35,824 bases of DNA from a virus (Duplodnaviria > Caudoviricetes). Below the pieces are notes generated by a model that saw only the letters and a list, made by a program, of their open reading frames with translations, did no database searches and was not told where the DNA came from. The first letter of the stretch is position 1. Every line of letters begins with the position of its first letter. Shown here one piece after another: positions 26,038 through 34,683 of the stretch. The stretch lies in IMG/VR virus record IMGVR_UViG_3300025849_000101, positions 1-35,824 of that record. One strand, 5' to 3'. A program made the position numbers and the translations under genes.

Positions 26038-26447
26038 TTAAAAAATACTTTTGGATGGGACTTGGTTTCCTATCACTCGGAATGGCTTACATCGGTGTAA
26101 TCGTGCCCGGCATTCCTTTTTCAATCTTCCTAGTGTTTGCAGCATATTGCTTTGCTAAGAGCTCGCCTAGGATGCACAAATGGTTATATAACCACAAATA
26201 CTTTGGACCGTTCCTAACTAATTGGGTACAGAAAAGAGTATTTCCAACCAAAGGCAAATATGCAATGGTATTAGTTATGGCTAGTTCACTTGCGTTTTTG
26301 TACTTTAGTACAGGAAACTTGAAAGCGTTTGCTTGGAGTGGTGGCTTTATGGCACTAGTTGCTATATGGGCTTGGAGATTTCCAGGGTCAGTTGAAGAGC
26401 ATACTAGACGTACTAAAAAAGGACATAAAATAGGCTGGATTAAGTAA
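26034..26447 (+). CDS. ybaN: YbaN/DUF454 inner membrane protein
   Basis: G...PG.P...F...[11 protein letters not shown]...WL..H..FGP. Confidence 0.85.
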   Translation: MIKKYFWMGLGFLSLGMAYIGVIVPGIPFSIFLVFAAYCFAKSSPRMHKWLYNHKYFGPFLTNWVQKRVFPTKGKYAMVLVMASSLAFLYFSTGNLKAFAWSGGFMALVAIWAWRFPGSVEEHTRRTKKGHKIGWIK

Positions 26448-26949
26448 GCCAGTTACTCCAACTAGGGTGTTTAATAGTAAACTCTAGTTGCTTGCGTTTA
26501 TTTGCAAGATCATAATAATCAGGGCGGTAAGGTAGTTGCTTAGGCTTAATTAACTTGCTGCCCTTTCTGCTATTACAAGGGCCACACGCACTTACAATAT
26601 TTTCCCAATTGGTCTTGCCTCCACGGCTAAGTGGTATTACGTGATCTAATGTTAGTTGTTGTTTAGGAAAAGGTGTTAGACAAAATTGACAGGTAAAGTA
26701 ATCTCGGAGGTGAACATTGTATTTAGAGAAGCGTGGGTTCCTCCGCCGTCGGTACATATCTTTTAGCATGATTACAGCTGGTACTCTAGTTTCCCAACTA
26801 TTACTACGCACAATCCAATCGTCATACCATTCAAGTACGTTTACTTTGTCTAACCATAGGTATGTGATTGCTTCCTTCCACTGAATAGTGGAGGGTGGTA
26901 GTAGGCTAATAGGTTGTCCGTCTGCATTTAGAACCAACGTGTCTGCCAA
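26440..26949 (-). CDS. HNH endonuclease (McrA-like, CxxC)
   Basis: LVLNAD, RDYFTCQFC, DHVIPLSRGG, NIVSACGPCNSRKG. Confidence 0.9.
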   Translation of the reverse strand: MADTLVLNADGQPISLLPPSTIQWKEAITYLWLDKVNVLEWYDDWIVRSNSWETRVPAVIMLKDMYRRRRNPRFSKYNVHLRDYFTCQFCLTPFPKQQLTLDHVIPLSRGGKTNWENIVSACGPCNSRKGSKLIKPKQLPYRPDYYDLANKRKQLEFTIKHPSWSNWLT

Positions 26950-26959
26950 AACTGTTTCC

Positions 26960-27148
26960 TTATATATCTATATCTTGCATGCCTATGCACAAGGCTTGCT
27001 GTCCTGCTTTAAAGTATCCATTACCCTTGCCAACTTCTTCACTAAGGGCTTCACGGGCTTGGAAACATTCTGTCATTGTTTGATGTGCGGTTACTGCTTC
27101 AACATAAGGCATTGTATCATAAAAGTATATAAAAACTAGTACCCACAT
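26960..27148 (-). CDS. small hypothetical protein
   Basis: MWVLVFI...EC...C. Confidence 0.65.
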   Translation of the reverse strand: MWVLVFIYFYDTMPYVEAVTAHQTMTECFQAREALSEEVGKGNGYFKAGQQALCIGMQDIDI

Positions 27149-27513
27149 TAGGTAGGATCTCCATCGCTTTCTGAAGGTAGCATATTCTTTCCTGATGCTA
27201 TCATACAGTACAAAGGACCTACTTGAAAAATTAGAGTAAAGGTATTGTCTTCAAACCCTGGCTTCATAAAGATTGTTACCTTGCCATTGACTGTTTTGTT
27301 GCCAGGTATGTAAAACATTGCATCTGCATCAACAAATGGTATTTCGCCAAATCTTTGATAAAGTCCCATATCAGGTTCTAATGGTGAACACAGAGTCACT
27401 AATGGTAATAGCACTGTGCCTTCTGGCAGGCTTTGCGGAGACGGCGCCTTCTCTTGAGCGTGGATGCTACTGAATGGTAGCAAACACAATATAAATGTAG
27501 CTAACCATTTCAT
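27148..27513 (-). CDS. secreted hypothetical protein
   Basis: Signal peptide, two Cys, AGGAG SD. Confidence 0.7.
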   Translation of the reverse strand: MKWLATFILCLLPFSSIHAQEKAPSPQSLPEGTVLLPLVTLCSPLEPDMGLYQRFGEIPFVDADAMFYIPGNKTVNGKVTIFMKPGFEDNTFTLIFQVGPLYCMIASGKNMLPSESDGDPT

Positions 27514-27635
27514 TGCTTTTCTCCTGTATTAACTATTTAAGTATTCTAGGTAGTTCTGTGCTATAATGTGATCAATACGTGTTTGGAGTTTAATCCAGTT
27601 CGATGTACCTTCACTGTATTGTTGTTGTTCTTGTT

Positions 27636-28190
27636 TTAAAAAAATAAGTTTATCATTTGATGGCTGCTTAACTCTGTTGCTTGTTTCCATTGTTTTTCTC
27701 CATCATAATTAAATATTATATTATCATTTCCGTCTGCTGTCAACCAACTATTTTCTGCTCGGTAGGGAGGCTGTCCTTTTAATTCTAAATCTAATTGTCC
27801 TGGTTGCCATCCGCATACACCAACAGCAATTCTCCAGGCACTAGGCTGTTGACCAAAAGACATTTTTTCAAACATAAAATCATCACTTGTAATCATTAGC
27901 CCTTTACCTGCAATAGTTGAGCTTGTACTTTCAAAGTCGTCAGTGTGTAACATAAAAACTGTTCTAGTTGATAGTGGACCTCCGAAGCGCATTTTTTCTG
28001 GACTCTCAGGAAAAGACGAAAATCTTTTTGTTAAAAGAAAATCATTTACACTTAGGTCTGCTGGTTTGTTTAAGATAATTCCCTGTGTACCTTTGTCGTC
28101 ATCACTGAATACATATATTACACTTTTGTCGAAGGGGTTATTTTTAGGAAGGTTAGGGTGAGCTATCAAAAGTTTACCTTGTCTTGACAC
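27636..28190 (-). CDS. YqgE/AlgH (DUF179) family protein
   Basis: LLIA.P, F..SVI, G.ILNKP, GGP, GW.PGQL..E, W. Confidence 0.9.
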   Translation of the reverse strand: MSRQGKLLIAHPNLPKNNPFDKSVIYVFSDDDKGTQGIILNKPADLSVNDFLLTKRFSSFPESPEKMRFGGPLSTRTVFMLHTDDFESTSSTIAGKGLMITSDDFMFEKMSFGQQPSAWRIAVGVCGWQPGQLDLELKGQPPYRAENSWLTADGNDNIIFNYDGEKQWKQATELSSHQMINLFF

Positions 28191-28199
28191 TTCTACCTC

Positions 28200-29063
28200 C
28201 TATGCTGTTCCAAATACTGTTTGGCCAATGACTTGTGAGTCTCTAGCATTGCGCATTGCATACATAAAGTCTATGTTTGTGCCTTTACCATATGCTCTTG
28301 GATTGTTTGATGTAAAGTTTAACCAGCTCTTGTCCATGTTTGGTAGATAACGTATTAATGCTCCAACAACTTGAGCAGCTGTTGTATTACTCATGTTTGA
28401 AAAATTTCTACTAGGACCTGGATCGTATCTAGTTCCTGTAACTGCCTGGAATTGATTGCGTTGTGTAAGAACAGCTTCCATATTGTTAGGATAGCTATTG
28501 CTTCTAATTCTATTTAGGATTACTGCCGCAACTGCTGCACGTTCTTGTGAATTAGGACTTGCTTCTGATGCAATAGCTCTAAGGAACATATTCATATCTT
28601 TTTCTTCAAGTTCTATTCCTAAGAAATCGTTAACTACTTCTATTGCTTGAGGGAGATTATTTAGATTAGCTAAGTCTCCTAAGTCTCCAATACTACCGCC
28701 TTCATTGCCTGTTGGTGTAGGGGTTGCTACCTTTGTTGCTGATGCTAGTGTTGCTGATGCTGTAGCATCTAAATTACGTCCTGTTGCTGGTGTAACATTA
28801 TTATCTCTTTTAAATGCAGCCACCGCACGTTCTGTTCTAGGTCCGTACTTGCCGTCAATGCCTGTTGAGCCTACACTATATCCTAGTTCTTCTAAGCGTG
28901 TCTGTAGAGCTTTAACATCATCTACTTGCTCTGGTGGATAAGGCGGGCCTGCTTCTAAGCCGTTCGATATATCAACAACATTATTGTCTTTATCCATCTT
29001 GTTACCAACTACATCTTTATCTGTTGGTATTGACTCTACTATCTTAAAATCTGTATATCTCAT
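28200..29063 (-). CDS. peptidoglycan-binding domain plus SleB/Hydrolase_2 cell-wall hydrolase
   Basis: DVKALQ..L..LGY..DG.YGP.T..AV; IASEA, VILNR, YPN, QF. Confidence 0.85.
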   Translation of the reverse strand: MRYTDFKIVESIPTDKDVVGNKMDKDNNVVDISNGLEAGPPYPPEQVDDVKALQTRLEELGYSVGSTGIDGKYGPRTERAVAAFKRDNNVTPATGRNLDATASATLASATKVATPTPTGNEGGSIGDLGDLANLNNLPQAIEVVNDFLGIELEEKDMNMFLRAIASEASPNSQERAAVAAVILNRIRSNSYPNNMEAVLTQRNQFQAVTGTRYDPGPSRNFSNMSNTTAAQVVGALIRYLPNMDKSWLNFTSNNPRAYGKGTNIDFMYAMRNARDSQVIGQTVFGTA

Positions 29064-29569
29064 GTTTGTCCATACCTATCTGTTATACCTCTTTGAAGTG
29101 CATCTAATCCTTGTGTATTAGCATCGTTGCTACCCCACGATTGTCTGTTAGAACTATGCCCTTGACTGTTAACATTGTCGACGCCTGATAATCCAATATG
29201 TATAGAGTGATCTCCCATACCTGTATATCCATAGCCCACTTCTTTAGCACCATGCATACCGCATTGTCTAACAAACTGTTTGGCTACGGTGCTGTTTGCT
29301 GTTTGTATTTGGCCGTCTTTGTATATCTGTACGTCTGCTGCCTGTCCGAGATCATGTCTTGTTGTAGTTGATTGTACTCTACTGCCTCCTTTGGTATGAA
29401 CAGTGTCTTGGCCGCCGGAAACTATTTTAATATCTACATCTGCTCCTTCGGCTGCTCTTTCTAGTATGTCCATTAGCTCTGGGTCAATAGCATAGGGGCG
29501 TTGTTGCATATCGCCTGAGCGATTGCTATATTCTACCCTACTTTCATTTAGTATTTCCCAAGTTAGCAT
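29060..29569 (-). CDS. M15-like Zn peptidase (peptidoglycan peptidase fold)
   Basis: IVSG, RH..G.AAD, IHIG. Confidence 0.65.
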   Translation of the reverse strand: MLTWEILNESRVEYSNRSGDMQQRPYAIDPELMDILERAAEGADVDIKIVSGGQDTVHTKGGSRVQSTTTRHDLGQAADVQIYKDGQIQTANSTVAKQFVRQCGMHGAKEVGYGYTGMGDHSIHIGLSGVDNVNSQGHSSNRQSWGSNDANTQGLDALQRGITDRYGQT

Positions 29570-29570
29570 G

Positions 29571-29822
29571 TTAACTCCAATCCGGTAACGGACCTCCGTA
29601 CTGTTTGCCTTTGATCTTCTTACCGTCCATCTTAGTTCTACTTTTCTTACTTCTACCTAGCTTGTGACTCTTCTTGCCTTCGCGACGACGGAGGCCTTGA
29701 CTCTTGCAACTTGCAAGGTTACTTGCTCCTAGGTCTTTATTTGATTTACTACTTTTGCATAGCTTTGCACTAGCTTTTTCAAGTAAATCTATAACTTCAA
29801 TATCAATGTCTTCTATTCGCAT
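29571..29822 (-). CDS. basic putative internal head protein
   Basis: MRIEDI...LLE-K, then K/R-rich with two Cys; late promoter at about 29827. Confidence 0.65.
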   Translation of the reverse strand: MRIEDIDIEVIDLLEKASAKLCKSSKSNKDLGASNLASCKSQGLRRREGKKSHKLGRSKKSRTKMDGKKIKGKQYGGPLPDWS

Positions 29823-29864
29823 GTTGTATTTAGCTTTGGTAGCATACGAATAGACTAAAAACAA

Positions 29865-30083
29865 TTATCGGTACTTGTCTGCAGGATTGTCGTATTCACT
29901 CTCTTCCTGACTACATAGTTTAAAGGTTAATGCTTTGCGAGGTCCTTTCGTAGTGTTTAAGTTAATCTCTCCTGTCTTTTCATGAAATTCAATTTTAGTA
30001 ATTGTTGCTCTTTCATTGTTTTGGCCTACTAATATTTCCTGGCCTAGTTCTAAGTTTAGATTAATGTTGCTGGTCTTGCTCAT
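29865..30083 (-). CDS. small hypothetical protein
   Basis: GAGGAG SD. Confidence 0.7.
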   Translation of the reverse strand: MSKTSNINLNLELGQEILVGQNNERATITKIEFHEKTGEINLNTTKGPRKALTFKLCSQEESEYDNPADKYR

Positions 30084-30159
30084 CGGATATCTCCTCTTGC
30101 TACATCATATATATTTATTATAACGTAGGCCCCGCTGCAAGGTATTGGTAAATACATGC

Positions 30160-30321
30160 ATGAATAGATATATTGTAGAAAAAGTCTCACAAGGACAATA
30201 TAAGATAGTAGATACATCTCTTAAGCAAGCAATTGCTTGGATTGCTAAAAAGGCTCCTGCAGACAGAGCTTGTGCAGAGATTAATAGAAACTATCAGAAC
30301 AATCTTACCGAAAGTTCTTGA
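30160..30321 (+). CDS. 53-aa hypothetical protein
   Basis: Manual translation MNRYIVEKVSQGQYKIVDT... Confidence 0.55.
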   Translation: MNRYIVEKVSQGQYKIVDTSLKQAIAWIAKKAPADRACAEINRNYQNNLTESS

Positions 30322-30346
30322 CATAATCCCCAAACCGTAGTACTAT
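30318..30346 (+). promoter_or_regulatory. early sigma70-type promoter P1
   Basis: TTGACA-N17-TACTAT. Confidence 0.65.
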
Positions 30347-30549
30347 ATAAGAGTAATGCGGACAGAACGTTCTTCATATCCAGCTTGTGTTGGGCTTAGT
30401 AGCATAGGAAATAGCAAATGGCCCTGGAAACAGCAAAGATCTGAATGCTGGAATGATATGATAAGTCGTAAATATCCGTGGTACCTTAGGCTTGTGCCTA
30501 GCAAATACATTTACTGGGACCGTTATGGTACCCACTTACGGAGGCCACA

Positions 30550-30852
30550 ATGGTTAACAAAGCAACTTTACTAATTATTACTTCACTTGCTATGTCAGGA
30601 TGTGCTTCACATGCTCCAGAATGGATCACGGGCTCAGATAACTGTCCTCAGATAGGTTGTGGTAAGGACCTTTCATTTTACCCTATGATGCCAGGCGAGG
30701 CTGTAAGACAAGCTGAAGCAAATGGTTTTGAATGGGGTAAGACAAGCTCAGCTTATCCTCCCTCTGACCCAAAACATTGGGAACTTCTTAAGCAAGAACA
30801 AGCCGCTGGAAATACTCCTGCGGAATGGAACAAAGATCTAACTCAAAAATAA
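30550..30852 (+). CDS. lipoprotein
   Basis: Hydrophobic signal plus MSGC lipobox; GGAGG SD. Confidence 0.75.
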   Translation: MVNKATLLIITSLAMSGCASHAPEWITGSDNCPQIGCGKDLSFYPMMPGEAVRQAEANGFEWGKTSSAYPPSDPKHWELLKQEQAAGNTPAEWNKDLTQK

Positions 30853-30862
30853 ATTTAATGAC

Positions 30863-31024
30863 ATGAAAAACATTCGTAGGCCTCAAGCCCCCAAGCGGCG
30901 AAATTGGGTTGCAAAAACTGTTCGAGACTTAGACGGACCGTATCGTCCGAAAATAGAACGTGATAAAACACAACCATATAGAAAACCAAAACACCCTAAG
31001 AAGGATTTAGATTTTGGTGAATAA
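30863..31024 (+). CDS. ArfA-like small basic protein (53 aa)
   Basis: MKNIRRPQAPKRRNWVAKTVRDLDGPYRPKIERDKTQPYRKPKHPKKDLDFGE. Confidence 0.55.
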   Translation: MKNIRRPQAPKRRNWVAKTVRDLDGPYRPKIERDKTQPYRKPKHPKKDLDFGE

Positions 31025-31057
31025 AAGGTTGACTTCTTAGTCTACTGAGGCTATACT
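31012..31057 (+). promoter_or_regulatory. early promoter P2
   Basis: TTTTGG..AGG-TTGACT-N17-TATACT. Confidence 0.8.
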
Positions 31058-31081
31058 GTATATAACAGTTAGGCAAACAAT

Positions 31082-31291
31082 ATGATTTTAAATTTACTTA
31101 AATGGACGGCTACTTTTACTCTTATTATTGGCTTTGGTTTATTCAGTGCTGGTATTACAGAGGGTTGGTACCTACAAATACTAGGTGGCATGATTTGGTT
31201 AGTAGCCGGTATTGGAATGAAAGACAAGCCAATTATCTTTACCAACGGTGCAATGACTGTGGTAGGTATCATAGGTAGACTTTTTGGTTAA
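31082..31291 (+). CDS. small three-TM membrane protein
   Basis: LKW.AT; hydrophobic. Confidence 0.75.
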   Translation: MILNLLKWTATFTLIIGFGLFSAGITEGWYLQILGGMIWLVAGIGMKDKPIIFTNGAMTVVGIIGRLFG

Positions 31292-31327
31292 TAAGAGGTT
31301 GACACTGTAGCAAATAGGTGCTATAGT
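31282..31327 (+). promoter_or_regulatory. early promoter P3
   Basis: TTTTGG..AGG-TTGACA-N17-TATAGT. Confidence 0.8.
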
Positions 31328-31362
31328 ATATACATAATGTAAACAACGACATGGAGGGCTTT

Positions 31363-31662
31363 ATGTCAAATACACTTACTTTCAAACTTGCTGGAGACGG
31401 CTACTGGGATGCAGAAGCAGGACGTGAGGTAACACTCACAGGCTTCACTGTTGAGTATATGAACAGCGACACCTATGAGCCTTGTGCTGAAGGTGACGAC
31501 AAGGCTGTAATTGGTCATGTCACTGTTGATCACGACAGCACCTGGGATGTCTATACAGACTCAGCGTTCCAAGAGGCGGCTGCCAACTACACCAATATCA
31601 TGGGCTTGGACTTTACCGAGCAAGGTATGCAAGAAGATAACATGGCGAGCATGGAGGTATAA
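31363..31662 (+). CDS. acidic early hypothetical protein
   Basis: GGAGG SD; YTD..F, TEQGMQ. Confidence 0.75.
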   Translation: MSNTLTFKLAGDGYWDAEAGREVTLTGFTVEYMNSDTYEPCAEGDDKAVIGHVTVDHDSTWDVYTDSAFQEAAANYTNIMGLDFTEQGMQEDNMASMEV

Positions 31663-31664
31663 GA

Positions 31665-31973
31665 ATGGCTTATTGGACTCACACAAAAGATCCTATCGGA
31701 GTGTTCGTTGAGAAAGAAGTAGGCAACTCGTTTGAATATTCAAACAACGATGATCCGTTCAACTTCTGCGAAGACTTCCCACACAAGATATGGGTTGGTG
31801 GTGTTGTAAACGATCAAGGCTACCGCTATGGCATTGTCAAGAAGACTGTAGCCTATGTCTGTGTTGATGAAGATGAGTTTGGCTTGCCTGTGCTTGAGAA
31901 ATGGTATATCAAAAACCATAAGCAATATGGTTTTGGAAAATCTAACCTAGACTTTTTAACAATTAGGGGGTAA
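31665..31973 (+). CDS. early hypothetical protein
   Basis: GGAGG SD; KKTVAYVCVDED. Confidence 0.75.
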   Translation: MAYWTHTKDPIGVFVEKEVGNSFEYSNNDDPFNFCEDFPHKIWVGGVVNDQGYRYGIVKKTVAYVCVDEDEFGLPVLEKWYIKNHKQYGFGKSNLDFLTIRG

Positions 31974-31975
31974 CA

Positions 31976-32119
31976 ATGAGGATTATTTTAATCAGTTTAA
32001 TGTCTCTTATGCTAGGAGCCTGTAGTATATCATCATACCACGGTGCCGGACTAGAAGAACGAACGGCCAATTGCATTAAAGATATATTTGATCCAATGAA
32101 CCGAGGTAGTGGTTGTTAG
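31976..32119 (+). CDS. small lipoprotein (47 aa)
   Basis: MRIILISLMSLMLGAC lipobox. Confidence 0.65.
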   Translation: MRIILISLMSLMLGACSISSYHGAGLEERTANCIKDIFDPMNRGSGC

Positions 32120-32164
32120 TTTTGGCATAGAAGAGGTTGACAAATAACCTAATGATGCTATTAT
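32120..32164 (+). promoter_or_regulatory. early promoter P4
   Basis: TTTTGG..AGG-TTGACA-N16-TATTAT with extended TG. Confidence 0.75.
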
Positions 32165-32201
32165 ATAAGAGTAAGTTAAACAAACAAACAAAGGCAAACA
32201 A

Positions 32202-32480
32202 ATGGCAATTATGAAAAAAGTATTTCACTCAGATCCAGGGCATGGATGGTTGGCTGTGAAATTGAACGAAATTAAAATGTTAGGTATTGAAAACGAAATC
32301 TCAAACTTTTCTTATGTGAAAGGCAAAACAGCCTACCTTGAAGAAGATTGCGATGCTACGAAGTTTATCAATGCGGCAAAGGCCAAAGGTATCACAATTG
32401 AAATCCGTAACGGACCTCAGCGCGAAGCATCTTCTCCAATCCGTTATTTTAAATCTTATTCACCATCAGAGGTACAATAA
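32202..32480 (+). CDS. early hypothetical protein
   Basis: DPGHGWL ... YLEEDCDA motif. Confidence 0.8.
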   Translation: MAIMKKVFHSDPGHGWLAVKLNEIKMLGIENEISNFSYVKGKTAYLEEDCDATKFINAAKAKGITIEIRNGPQREASSPIRYFKSYSPSEVQ

Positions 32481-32481
32481 T

Positions 32482-32652
32482 ATGAACGACCTATTAGAAA
32501 TTATCAGCGATCTTAAAGAACTTGAAACCCTGTATCAATCAGGCGAACTAAGAGAATTTGACTTCCGTAATATGATTTCAAAATATGAGTCACAGTTCAC
32601 TACGTTCGAAACCCAGATGGAAGATCTTTTTGAAAAGCAAGACAAATGGTAG
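32482..32652 (+). CDS. early hypothetical protein
   Basis: GAGG SD before MNDLLE. Confidence 0.65.
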   Translation: MNDLLEIISDLKELETLYQSGELREFDFRNMISKYESQFTTFETQMEDLFEKQDKW

Positions 32653-32903
32653 AGATTAATTTTGATTCTCCTGTACCGTCTAAATTCCGTTCGTGGTGTA
32701 ATGAGAAATGGTACGAACACAAGGATGAGCTATGGGATTGGGAGCAGAAGTTTCCGGAATATGACAGCACCTACTATTTTCAAAAGCATCGTTGGATGTT
32801 GAAGAGAATGTACAAAGAAGAGATGCTAGAAAAATTTCGGATTGAAAACGAACGTAAGATACAGAAAGAACTTAAACGAGGATTTAAGAAAGGAAACTTA
32901 TAA
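32646..32903 (+). CDS. early hypothetical protein
   Basis: ORF track; coupled. Confidence 0.7.
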   Translation: MVEINFDSPVPSKFRSWCNEKWYEHKDELWDWEQKFPEYDSTYYFQKHRWMLKRMYKEEMLEKFRIENERKIQKELKRGFKKGNL

Positions 32904-33091
32904 TGTTTGAAGTCTCACCTGGAATGGGCTGGTTAGCTCTAGCATATACTGTAGGCACACTATTCGGTCTATGGTATCGACAACGAAAGACAGTCGAACA
33001 GACTATTGACAGTCTTATCGACAACGGTTACCTCAAGCATCGCAAAGATGCCAAAGGTGAAATTGAAATCTTAAAATATAACGAAGACTAA
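32903..33091 (+). CDS. small membrane-anchored protein
   Basis: N-terminal TM; TAATG coupling. Confidence 0.7.
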   Translation: MFEVSPGMGWLALAYTVGTLFGLWYRQRKTVEQTIDSLIDNGYLKHRKDAKGEIEILKYNED

Positions 33092-33100
33092 GGAGTCTAT

Positions 33101-33478
33101 ATGAGTGAACTAGAATATTGGGAAAGACAGCCAACAGATCAACCTTGGCTACTGAATGGTTTTAATGGTACTTGGAATTTTAGAGATCATAATTTGATCC
33201 CTGAAAGTCTGCATAACTTTATCTTTGAACACTTTCCCAAAGTTGAAAAGTTCAAACGAATTCCGCTTGAAGATATCAACAAGATTATGAATGACGTTTG
33301 GGAAGGTCCCGGATCAATGACTAAAATTGTTCGTCTTAAAAACAAAATGTTCTCTGCTAGGCAAGATACGAAAAAAGAAAATTCATCCAAGGTGATAAAC
33401 ACTGTAAGAACTATTGACGACTATGACGAAAACGACTTTTCTGAAAAGGTAGTAATTACTAAAGAGGATGAAAAATAA
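33101..33478 (+). CDS. early hypothetical protein
   Basis: AGGAG SD. Confidence 0.7.
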   Translation: MSELEYWERQPTDQPWLLNGFNGTWNFRDHNLIPESLHNFIFEHFPKVEKFKRIPLEDINKIMNDVWEGPGSMTKIVRLKNKMFSARQDTKKENSSKVINTVRTIDDYDENDFSEKVVITKEDEK

Positions 33479-33480
33479 CA

Positions 33481-33526
33481 TTTTGGTTAGATAAAGGTTG
33501 ACAACCTTGCAAAAAGATCGTATACT
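33481..33526 (+). promoter_or_regulatory. early promoter P5
   Basis: TTTTGG..AGG-TTGACA-N17-TATACT. Confidence 0.8.
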
Positions 33527-33563
33527 GTATATACAAATTAGGCAAACATAAGAGGCAAATACT

Positions 33564-33842
33564 ATGAATAACGTACAAACAGCAATCACAGCAATCCGTA
33601 ACACTAACAACCGTGATGAACTTAATCAGATCATCGAAGCGGTGAAACTTCAACAGAACTTCCTAGCACGGCAGAGCGCAAGATCCTTTATGAAGGGTGA
33701 TGCTGTTCAGTTCACAGGACGCGGTAACCGCACTGTGGTAGGTACTGTGGTCAAGGTTAACCCAAAGACCATCGTAGTTGATTCACCAAGCCAAGGGCGT
33801 TGGAAAGTCACAGCGTCAATGCTAACTTCATTAGAGGCATAG
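33564..33842 (+). CDS. SH3/KOW-like early protein
   Basis: GD.V.F..R....GTV.KVN.KT..V...W.V. Confidence 0.7.
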   Translation: MNNVQTAITAIRNTNNRDELNQIIEAVKLQQNFLARQSARSFMKGDAVQFTGRGNRTVVGTVVKVNPKTIVVDSPSQGRWKVTASMLTSLEA

Positions 33843-34046
33843 ATGGGACCGTTTAATGAAATGAGACAGTTGAGCCGCAAAGGTGCGGTTCTTCGAGTTC
33901 TCAAGCAGAACAATCTAAGTGAATGGGCTCGCAACTATTGGGGCACAGTCTATGACACTATTGCAATGGATGAAGGTCGTTACAACGATCGAGTGGTAAC
34001 GGTATTCAAAAATATTCAATCTAAAAAAACAGGAGAATGGCTATGA
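33843..34046 (+). CDS. early hypothetical protein
   Basis: ORF track. Confidence 0.6.
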   Translation: MGPFNEMRQLSRKGAVLRVLKQNNLSEWARNYWGTVYDTIAMDEGRYNDRVVTVFKNIQSKKTGEWL

Positions 34047-34219
34047 GTAAGATTGGCAATTGGGTTCTAGAAATGCAAGAAGATGCGGCATGGATCAGCC
34101 GAGAGGTATTCATCCGCAAACACGGTGTGGCTCAAGCAGATGTATGGGACGAAGTTCAACGTCAAATGGATGAAGACAGCTACGACCATTACGAAATGGA
34201 GATGGACGACGGTGCCTAA
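34037..34219 (+). CDS. early hypothetical protein
   Basis: AGGAG SD; MSK...MQEDA. Confidence 0.7.
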   Translation: MAMSKIGNWVLEMQEDAAWISREVFIRKHGVAQADVWDEVQRQMDEDSYDHYEMEMDDGA

Positions 34220-34460
34220 ATTCAAGCAGAATTATATGAAGCCAGACTTTGAGTTTGCACGTGACCTATTTGAAGGTCTTACGTGGAGTCGAACGAACTC
34301 TAAAGGCACTGGCTCATACGACATCACACTAGAGCCTAAAGGTTTTACTTGTGACTGTCCAGGATTTACCTTTCGTGGTAAATGCAAACACACTCAAAGC
34401 GTAAACGATCAAATCAAGGAGGCTGTAAATGGCCAAGTCCCCCAATACCGATCCATTTAA
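34212..34460 (+). CDS. SWIM zinc-finger protein
   Basis: CDC-x8-CKH; GTG start after GGAG. Confidence 0.8.
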   Translation: MPKFKQNYMKPDFEFARDLFEGLTWSRTNSKGTGSYDITLEPKGFTCDCPGFTFRGKCKHTQSVNDQIKEAVNGQVPQYRSI

Positions 34461-34683
34461 TAACACCTGGTCCTATGACTGTAGTTGGACTCAACCGTAT
34501 GTGAGTATGAATGACTTCTTTCAGGGTAAAGATTGCCGTGAGATCTATGAAGCACTTTCGGTTGAAAAAGAACTTGACGCTTTGGATAAAATTGATAAAC
34601 GAGTAGATGAAATGTTGACATTTCCTGAAGCTGAAGCTATAATTAAACGTATAATGAACAAACGAGGTGACTCAAATGATTAA
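34429..34683 (+). CDS. early hypothetical protein
   Basis: AGGAGG SD. Confidence 0.6.
   Translation: MAKSPNTDPFNNTWSYDCSWTQPYVSMNDFFQGKDCREIYEALSVEKELDALDKIDKRVDEMLTFPEAEAIIKRIMNKRGDSND

Noticed and set aside
30356-30574. 72-aa ORF directly after promoter P1
   Set aside because: No SD, overlaps the lipoprotein gene by 25 nt, and the start is ambiguous; it may be real (leaderless or a shorter form) but is not supportable from sequence alone
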